From: an uncultured Pelagibacteraceae bacterium
Lineage (GTDB): Bacteria > Pseudomonadota > Alphaproteobacteria > Pelagibacterales > Pelagibacteraceae
Length of the DNA: 64,000 bases
Direction of reading: 5' to 3'
Assembly (NCBI GenBank): GCA_902566775.1
Contig: CACFKF010000001.1
Span: forward strand, 59,167-123,166
Made by a program: the position numbers and the translations under genes. The notes beneath the pieces are model-generated. The model did not search any database, was not told the DNA's origin, and saw only the letters and a list, made by a program, of their open reading frames with translations. This document shows positions 57,326-64,000 of the stretch, one piece after another. Every line of letters begins with the position of its first letter. Position 1 is the first letter of the stretch.

Positions 57326-57931
57326 ATGCAAGACCAAATAATATTATACAATGGTCCAAATTCACCTTTTGGAAGAAAAACTAAAGTAACTTCTTTAGTG
57401 CAAGAAATTAAATTAGAAGAAAAAATTATTAATGTCTACGAAGCCAGTTTTTTGGACAAATACAATCCTATAAGAAAAATCCCAACTTTAGTGATTAATG
57501 GGCTTGCTATTATGGATAGTGATAATATTTGCTTGTATCTTGATTCAATTTCAAAAAAAAACACGTTATTTCCTAAAAAAAACTATTGGGAAATAATGAC
57601 CATGACTTCAATTGCTAACGGATTAATGGAATCTGTCTTGGAAAGACGCATGGAATCAATTAGGTCTGATAATGAAAAAAGTAAGAAATTCATTAACAAA
57701 CAAGAAATTAGAATTGTCAGAACTATAAAATGGCTAGAAAATAATTGGAAAAATTATGATGATAATTATTTAACAATGGATCAAATTGCGATCGCCTGTG
57801 CTTTAGATTACACTATCTTTAGATTGAATGATAATTGGAGAACAGATAGTCCAAAACTTAATAAATGGTTCACTAAATTCTTAGAAAAAAGTTTTATGAA
57901 ATCTACATTGCCACGCGAAAAATCAATATGA
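57326..57931 (+). CDS. Glutathione S-transferase family protein
   Basis: SPFGRK, NPIRKIPTL, DSDNICLYLD and IACALDY. Confidence 0.85.
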   Translation: MQDQIILYNGPNSPFGRKTKVTSLVQEIKLEEKIINVYEASFLDKYNPIRKIPTLVINGLAIMDSDNICLYLDSISKKNTLFPKKNYWEIMTMTSIANGLMESVLERRMESIRSDNEKSKKFINKQEIRIVRTIKWLENNWKNYDDNYLTMDQIAIACALDYTIFRLNDNWRTDSPKLNKWFTKFLEKSFMKSTLPREKSI

Positions 57932-58905
57932 TTAAAGCAGCTTCAGTAGGTTTGGGTTGGTGGTCAGATGAACTAGCCAAATCAATTCAGGGGAAAAGTA
58001 AAAAAATTAAAATTGTAACTTGTTATTCTAGAAGTAAAAAAAAACGAATTAATTTTTCAATAAAATATAAAACTCATTATCACAATTCTTTTAAATCTGT
58101 ACTTAAAGATCCGAAAATTGATGCAATAATCTTAACAACTCCTCACTCGCTACATAAAAAACATGCTATTCAGGCATTACGACATGGAAAACATGTTTTT
58201 GTAGAAAAACCAATGGCAACAAAATATTTAGATGCAAAAAAAATGTATTTGATTGCAAAAAAATATAATAAAATTTTGTCTGTTGGTCATAACAGAAGAT
58301 ATTCCAGCGTTTCTGATTTTATAAATAATTTAAATCGTCAAAAAAAAATTGGAAAAATATTACATCTTGATTCAAATTTCTCTGCATCTGGCGCATTGAA
58401 TTATAAAAAAAAATTTTGGCGTGCAAATAGAAAAGAAAGTCCTGGAGGAGCAATAGCTGGCCTAGGCATACATATGATAGATCTAATGTGCTTTTTTGGT
58501 GGACAAATCAAAACTGTACAATCTTTGGTAAAAAAATATGCTGTTAAAGTCAATATAGATGATACTACTTCCGCGTTATTTGAATTTAAAAAAAACTGTA
58601 CGGGAAACTTAACAACTATTTTTGCTTGCCCTTATACTACAACATTTAATGTATTTGGAACTAACATGAACATTTTTTCAGATGTAGACAAAAATAAAAT
58701 TAAAATAGTTAATAAAAATGGAAAAGTACAAAAAATAAATTTAAAAAACAAAAATACCTTGTTTTTAGAATTGCAGGAATTTGCAGATAGTTGTAAAAAT
58801 AAAAAAAAGTATAAAATAAAAAATTATGAAGCTGCGCATAATGTAAAAGTTATGGAAGCAATTGTTAAATCTTCAAAAACAAATAAAAAAGTATTTTTAA
58901 CTTAA
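57928..58905 (+). CDS. Gfo/Idh/MocA family oxidoreductase
   Basis: VGLGWW, TPHSLH, GKHVFVEKPM, VGHNRR and GIHMID. Confidence 0.9.
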   Translation: MIKAASVGLGWWSDELAKSIQGKSKKIKIVTCYSRSKKKRINFSIKYKTHYHNSFKSVLKDPKIDAIILTTPHSLHKKHAIQALRHGKHVFVEKPMATKYLDAKKMYLIAKKYNKILSVGHNRRYSSVSDFINNLNRQKKIGKILHLDSNFSASGALNYKKKFWRANRKESPGGAIAGLGIHMIDLMCFFGGQIKTVQSLVKKYAVKVNIDDTTSALFEFKKNCTGNLTTIFACPYTTTFNVFGTNMNIFSDVDKNKIKIVNKNGKVQKINLKNKNTLFLELQEFADSCKNKKKYKIKNYEAAHNVKVMEAIVKSSKTNKKVFLT

Positions 58906-59472
58906 TTATTTACTAATATATCTGGTAATAGATGGAATAAGAAATACTGCTAACCCAATCTTAAAAAATTCACTTGGAATAAAAGGATACAATCCTCCAG
59001 CTAATGCTTTGTCGTATCCAATCACTGAACCAAGATATCCAACTCCAAGTAAAAAAATAATAAACGTTCCAATAACTAAAGATATTAAGCTTTTAAAGTA
59101 AGAATCGTTGTAACCAAGTTCTGCAAAAAAACCTATAACTGCCGCTGCTATTGTCATACCATACAAATATCCAGCAGTTGGTCCCGTTAGATAAAGTAAC
59201 CCGCCACCTTTAGCAAACACTGGTAAACCCAAAGCTCCTTCTAAAAGATAAACAACTAATGTAGAAAAAGCTAATTTCCATCCATAAGCCATTCCAATAA
59301 TAAAAACTATGAAAGTTTGCATTGTCATGGGGACTGGCCAAAATGGAACTTGAACTTTTGAAGAAAGAGCTAGAAGCAAAGTGCCAAACAACACTAAAGC
59401 TAAATTTTTTAAATAAGTATTTACTTTGTAAGTAGAAAGAATCGAATTAATTAATGTAGTGTTATTTTTCAT
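58906..59472 (-). CDS. bioY: Biotin transporter BioY
   Basis: PVPMTMQTF, YLLEGALGLPVFA, GPTAGYL and PFIPSEFFK. Confidence 0.92.
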   Translation of the reverse strand: MKNNTTLINSILSTYKVNTYLKNLALVLFGTLLLALSSKVQVPFWPVPMTMQTFIVFIIGMAYGWKLAFSTLVVYLLEGALGLPVFAKGGGLLYLTGPTAGYLYGMTIAAAVIGFFAELGYNDSYFKSLISLVIGTFIIFLLGVGYLGSVIGYDKALAGGLYPFIPSEFFKIGLAVFLIPSITRYISK

Positions 59473-59518
59473 AGCTTATTTATAGTAAAACATAATTTTT
59501 AAATAAATAAAACATATT

Positions 59519-60349
59519 TTAATCATAGTAAAACATAGGTGCTTTTTTCCAATCTTGCCAAGAAATTGGGTCATGCCCCCAAACAACCTTTGCACCATGT
59601 TCTTTAGCAACTCTTCTTAATTTTTTAACAGATTCTGCAGCATCAGAAGATGACGCGACGAGTCCTGGAAGACATTTATCACACCAATGGTCTCCAGTAT
59701 AACAGGCATCACCAGTAAATAACATGTGTCCAGTTTTTGGAAGGTTAACCAATACAGATTGATGGCCAGGAGTATGTCCTGGTGTAAAGATTATTTTTAT
59801 AACACCATCGCCATAAACATCATAAAAATCAGTTTTTCTACCTTGTAAAAATTTCCAACGAATATTTGGTTTATCAAAGTCTGCTCTAATGTAAGCTGGT
59901 TGAGAAAACCAATCAGGATTAAACGCATAATCGTATTCTAACTTTTGTGTGATATGTGTTGCGTTAGGAAAATGTCCTATAGCACCAGAATGATCTAGGT
60001 GAAGGTGAGTTTGTACAACATATTTTACATCCTCAGGACTTGTATTAACGCTTTTTACCATGTCTTTACACCATTCTGATGTCTTCATAACTGGATCATA
60101 CGCTTCAACAACTGATCCCCAGTGTTTATGTTTATCTAAAGCTGCTTCTATTGGCATCCCACCATCAATAATAACATCTCCCTCTGGATGTTTAATTAAA
60201 AACCATGGAACAGGTATTTCGTAAGGCTCTTCTCCTTGGTTCATTTTTATAAATTTTAATTTTGTTTTAATTGAACCTGTTTGAAACATGTACAATTTAA
60301 TTCCTGAATTAAATTTTTTAGTTTTTTCAAAAATATCTTTTTCTTTCAT
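59519..60349 (-). CDS. N-acyl-homoserine lactonase / AttM (BlcC)-like metallo-beta-lactamase-fold lactonase
   Basis: THLHLDHSG, TPGHTPGHQS, GDACY and WGHD. Confidence 0.85.
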   Translation of the reverse strand: MKEKDIFEKTKKFNSGIKLYMFQTGSIKTKLKFIKMNQGEEPYEIPVPWFLIKHPEGDVIIDGGMPIEAALDKHKHWGSVVEAYDPVMKTSEWCKDMVKSVNTSPEDVKYVVQTHLHLDHSGAIGHFPNATHITQKLEYDYAFNPDWFSQPAYIRADFDKPNIRWKFLQGRKTDFYDVYGDGVIKIIFTPGHTPGHQSVLVNLPKTGHMLFTGDACYTGDHWCDKCLPGLVASSSDAAESVKKLRRVAKEHGAKVVWGHDPISWQDWKKAPMFYYD

Positions 60350-60358
60350 AATATTATC

Positions 60359-61528
60359 CTACCAAGCAGATTGATAAATGTTAAGAGCATCTATTTCAGT
60401 TACTTGTCTTGGATTGTTAACTAATAATCTAGTCTGCTTCATTGCATCACTGGCCATTTTTTTACAAGCATCCCTTGGTATATCAACTTCTCTTAATTTT
60501 TGAGGTAGACCTAATCTTTTTGATAAATCTTCTAACTTGTCAATAAATTCTGCGCAAACCGCTTGTGTGCCTTTATTAATATCTAGCTTTGGAAAAACAT
60601 ATGGAGCAAGTTCTGCATAATCTTTTGCTGCTTTTGTATCCACACTATTAAATCGAAGAACATAAGGTAAGACCAGTGAATTTGAAAGTCCGTGAGAAAC
60701 ATGAAAAGTTCCTCCAATTGGATACGCAAGAGCATGAACTGCGGCTACTGGAGAGTTGGCAAAAGCTTTTCCTGCTAACATAGCGCCAATAAGCATATTG
60801 CCTCTAGCTTCAACATTTGAACCATCAAAAACGGCTTTTTCTATAGAACCTCCAAGTAATTTGAGTGCTTCAATAGCTAGCATTTTTGAAATAACATTGT
60901 TGTTTTTGTTTGACGAAGCATACCCTTCTATTGCGTGAACCATAGCATCAATTCCCGTTGCAGCTGTAGTTATTGCAGGAAGGCCAAGTGTAAGATCTGG
61001 ATCTAAAATTGCCAAATCTGGTAATATGATTGGAGAAGAAACACCTTTTTTTTCTTCTTCTCCGACAGTTATAATTGATATTGGAGTAACTTCAGAACCT
61101 GTGCCCGCTGTAGTTGGAACTAAAACAAGTGGTAAACGTGGTCCTTTTGCATTTGCAACTCCCCATACCTTTTCCAAATCTTCATTCGAACCAAGTATTA
61201 AAGCAGATAGTTTTGCAACATCCATCGATGAACCGCCTCCAAAACCAATGACTCCTGTCGCTTTGATTTTTCTTCCAATTTCAATTGCTTTTAGAAGAGT
61301 TTTTTGAGAAGGATCAGCTTCAACATCATCAAACACTTCAACCGAACTCATTTTTTTTAGTTCTTCTATGGTTGGTTTGGTTAATCCTAAAGACATTAAT
61401 CCTTTGTCTGTAATAAAAAGAATACTAGAACCCAATCTATCAAAAATTTCTTTACATGAATTTTTTGATTGACCACTTCCAAATCGAAGTCCTGAAGTTG
61501 TGTTAAATTGAAAATTATTCAAAGTCAT
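60359..61528 (-). CDS. Iron-containing alcohol dehydrogenase (4-hydroxybutyrate dehydrogenase-like)
   Basis: GGGSSMDVAK, PTTAGTGSE, GIDAMVHAIE, VHALAYP and SHGLSN. Confidence 0.9.
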   Translation of the reverse strand: MTLNNFQFNTTSGLRFGSGQSKNSCKEIFDRLGSSILFITDKGLMSLGLTKPTIEELKKMSSVEVFDDVEADPSQKTLLKAIEIGRKIKATGVIGFGGGSSMDVAKLSALILGSNEDLEKVWGVANAKGPRLPLVLVPTTAGTGSEVTPISIITVGEEEKKGVSSPIILPDLAILDPDLTLGLPAITTAATGIDAMVHAIEGYASSNKNNNVISKMLAIEALKLLGGSIEKAVFDGSNVEARGNMLIGAMLAGKAFANSPVAAVHALAYPIGGTFHVSHGLSNSLVLPYVLRFNSVDTKAAKDYAELAPYVFPKLDINKGTQAVCAEFIDKLEDLSKRLGLPQKLREVDIPRDACKKMASDAMKQTRLLVNNPRQVTEIDALNIYQSAW

Positions 61529-61534
61529 AAATCA

Positions 61535-63601
61535 TTATACAAAGTAAACATAAAATACTATTGAAAATATTGCCATTCCTATAAGAATTAAAATCCATCC
61601 ATAACCTGTTCCGACTTTATCTATATAGTTAACTTCTCCTTGAACTTCGTCTGGTTTTTTATAAAGATCGTTTGCTTGAATTGGTTTGTTTGGTAATGTT
61701 GATAAATCCATTTTGCTTGCTAAAAACCAAATTAATCCTATTCCAAAAAACCACCATATAATTTGATACCCCCAAATTGATGGTATTTTTAAAATCCAAG
61801 CATCATAACCTGCTCCAGGTTCGCCAAAAAAATTATTTCCGAGCACCTGTCCAGGCCCAACACCAAAAAAAAGCCAAATTAAAGCAATTACATAGGCAAA
61901 AGATCTGAGTTTTGTTCTGCTTTGATGAAGTCCCATGTGACCATTTAAAAAATCATGAAACTTTTGTCTATGAGATCTATAAATATCAATTTTTGTAATA
62001 TTAGAAAAAGCAGAAACAGAAAAACAAATAAATACATTAAATAACAATCCCCATACCCCAGAATGAATTGTTAATGGCCATCTCCCCCATGGCAATCTAT
62101 TTCCAGTTATTTGTTGACCAATAGTTTCTGTTAAAATAACAATTATTATTCCAATAATTAATCCAAAAATTGCCGCTCCTTTGGTTATCCAAGGAAACCA
62201 GACCAACCCAAGCAAAACCATTATAAACTGAAACGCTATAGAAATTGATATTCCGCTAAAAATTACCATCGCCGGTTTAGCAAATGTTGCTATATAAAGT
62301 GATGCTAAAAATATTAACAACATTATTATACGAGCTGCGGCAAGTTCTTTTTCCCATGTTATATTTTTATTTATATAGGCTTTATACAAGTCTCTTGTGA
62401 TAATGCTCCCAGATGTCATTAATAAAGCTGCAGCAGTTGATTGAAGAGCTGCAATTAAACCAACCGCCAATAAACCAGTTAACCAAAGGGCATGTTTGTC
62501 CATCAAACTTATAATGTGATAAATTATTAATGAATGATCGTTTTTTGAAACTTCTGGTAATACGGTTTTAATTGCAAGACCATTGCTATTAATATCCGCA
62601 TTAGCTCCTAATAAACTGGCACCAATACCTTGATATGTTGTAAAAATAAATAAAAGTAAACCTATGATTACTGCAGATCCCCACACTTGATAATAAGAAA
62701 AAACTTTTGGATGTTTTACAGAATAGCTCCACATAGAAAATGAAGGTGAAAGAACTATTCCCATAAAAGAAATTGCAAAAGTAAAAATCATCATTGCTGT
62801 CCAAGGTCCTCCTACAGCTTCGTTTTTTCCTAATCCTGCAACCCATTGAATTACGCCTGGTAATGCAAAATAACCATTGTAATCACCGCCTCCATAACCA
62901 TTTGTATTACCCCAAGAACTAACTGAAGTACTTGCTATTTTTGCTAAAGCTTTACCAAAAATTTCAAAATTTCCAACATATGAGTAAATAATGATTCCCA
63001 GAAGAACAACTGTTAAAAAGTAAAGCCAAGATTGAACAACTCCCACACTTACAATAGATTTAAAACCACCTCTTGTTACATAGAACAAAACAATAGTAGA
63101 AATTATCCACATGCCCAATTCTCTTGAGATATATCCTTCAGATAAGGTGTTAACTAAATAACCTGTTGCACCAAAAAAAACAGCTAACAGTGGTATAGCA
63201 ATAAAAAAAGTTACTAAAACTGATATTACACGAATTGTATCACTCTTATAATAATCAAAATACATTTCGCCTGGAGTAATGTATCCAAATTTTCTACTCA
63301 ACATCCACTGACGTTTAAAAAAAAATATACTGCCTAATGGTACCGTTATAGCGATAAAAGCTGTACCAACATATTGAAAACCATCATGAAAAATAAGACT
63401 TGTTTGTGATATAACTGTTAATCCAGCAAATGTTGCTGCTGTTGCAGCAAAGAAAAAAACCCAAGCTGATATGTTTTTATTTGCTAAATAATATTGCTCT
63501 GGATTATCAGAATTATACTTTGATCCTCTTACACCCCAAAAAAAACAATAGGCAGCATATAATAATATAAAGATAAATAACCAAAGAGATTTTTCGGACA
63601 T
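61535..63601 (-). CDS. Sodium:solute symporter (SSS) family protein
   Basis: YYLAN, AATAATF, FGYITPGEM, YVTRGG and AALQST; more than 14 TM helices. Confidence 0.85.
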   Translation of the reverse strand: MSEKSLWLFIFILLYAAYCFFWGVRGSKYNSDNPEQYYLANKNISAWVFFFAATAATFAGLTVISQTSLIFHDGFQYVGTAFIAITVPLGSIFFFKRQWMLSRKFGYITPGEMYFDYYKSDTIRVISVLVTFFIAIPLLAVFFGATGYLVNTLSEGYISRELGMWIISTIVLFYVTRGGFKSIVSVGVVQSWLYFLTVVLLGIIIYSYVGNFEIFGKALAKIASTSVSSWGNTNGYGGGDYNGYFALPGVIQWVAGLGKNEAVGGPWTAMMIFTFAISFMGIVLSPSFSMWSYSVKHPKVFSYYQVWGSAVIIGLLLFIFTTYQGIGASLLGANADINSNGLAIKTVLPEVSKNDHSLIIYHIISLMDKHALWLTGLLAVGLIAALQSTAAALLMTSGSIITRDLYKAYINKNITWEKELAAARIIMLLIFLASLYIATFAKPAMVIFSGISISIAFQFIMVLLGLVWFPWITKGAAIFGLIIGIIIVILTETIGQQITGNRLPWGRWPLTIHSGVWGLLFNVFICFSVSAFSNITKIDIYRSHRQKFHDFLNGHMGLHQSRTKLRSFAYVIALIWLFFGVGPGQVLGNNFFGEPGAGYDAWILKIPSIWGYQIIWWFFGIGLIWFLASKMDLSTLPNKPIQANDLYKKPDEVQGEVNYIDKVGTGYGWILILIGMAIFSIVFYVYFV

Positions 63602-63617
63602 TTAATCCCTTTCAATT

Positions 63618-63986
63618 TTAAGTGCAACGCCTTGGTGCTGTTTCACCTCGTTCTTTTTTTATTCTTTCTGCTTCTTTCTGTGCTGCTTCAATTGAAGTAA
63701 AAACCTTATCTTCAAATAAAATAAAAGGTTTTGCTCTATCAGCATTAAGTTGAGCCACACACCATTCTTTGTTTGGTTTAGTACACATTACCATATAAGC
63801 CCCAGGTATTGGACCATATCTTCTGTTGTTTAAAGTAAACAAGCATTTTGCCAAATCATTAACTTTGTCTTCGTCTAACCCGTTCATAGCCATTTTTTCT
63901 AAGTCATTTAATGGACTCGTATTATCAGATCCCATAATACCTTTTCCATCCGTGCCAACTGGTCTGCCGATTTCAGGTTTGCTCAT
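63618..63986 (-). CDS. Hypothetical protein resembling the N,N-dimethylformamidase small (alpha, DmfA1-like) subunit
   Basis: YMVMCTKPNKEWCVAQL...RAKPFILFEDKVFTSIEAA resembles, from memory, the DmfA1 pattern Y-x-x-x-CTKP-x-x-EW...VF-x-S-x-E-x-A. Not verified by search. Confidence 0.45.
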   Translation of the reverse strand: MSKPEIGRPVGTDGKGIMGSDNTSPLNDLEKMAMNGLDEDKVNDLAKCLFTLNNRRYGPIPGAYMVMCTKPNKEWCVAQLNADRAKPFILFEDKVFTSIEAAQKEAERIKKERGETAPRRCT

Positions 63987-64000
63987 TATGGTAAAGGTCC

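Noticed and set aside
45295-58905. Bacterial microcompartment or encapsulin locus as the explanation for the peptide tags
   Set aside because: No BMC-H/BMC-P shell or encapsulin ORF is recognisable in the window, and the tags do not match the LxIGSL encapsulin cargo peptide. A distant shell gene cannot be excluded.
1-64000. CRISPR arrays, tRNA/rRNA, IS elements, integrases, prophage or defence genes
   Set aside because: I saw no regularly spaced DNA repeats, structured RNA genes or mobility genes; nearly all sequence is accounted for by metabolic CDSs.

Overview
A very AT-rich, gene-dense, streamlined alphaproteobacterial region that looks like SAR11 / Candidatus Pelagibacter (inferred from composition, tiny intergenic gaps and gene content). 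I found no rRNA, tRNA, CRISPR, IS or phage genes, and no recognisable transcription regulator in 64 kb. It is a nutrient-scavenging region. In order: a cfa/DUF1365/FAD-oxidoreductase lipid-modification trio; a canonical pxpABC set; a frameshifted NCS1 permease; a Pot-type ABC transporter co-oriented with ectoine-utilisation (eutA/eutD-like), FadN, PhyH, ureohydrolase and ALDH genes; and a large betaine/carnitine/methylamine catabolic island (BHMT, DMG dehydrogenase-like, two ProX-type binding proteins, BBOX-like, BKACE, two Rieske oxygenases, GmaS-like synthetase). The most unusual part is a 13.6 kb operon (45295-58905) joining a sugar-type ABC importer with oversized permeases to a second, biotin-dependent PxpA / BC-PxpB / PxpC / BCCP (split, permuted urea-carboxylase-like) system. 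Several otherwise unrelated proteins in this operon carry the same short appended peptide motifs. Motif A, Y-[TSN]-x-x-D-x-x-x-F-x-[KN]-[IL], occurs 4 times in a 173-aa low-complexity protein and twice in the BC-PxpB linker. A bipartite C-terminal tail (motif B), IK[VI][VI]DF[DN]K...IK[VI]xxF, ends the ABC ATPase, the 173-aa protein and PxpC. I infer a possible scaffolded transporter-enzyme metabolon built from short linear motifs. The motifs are seen directly; their function is a hypothesis.
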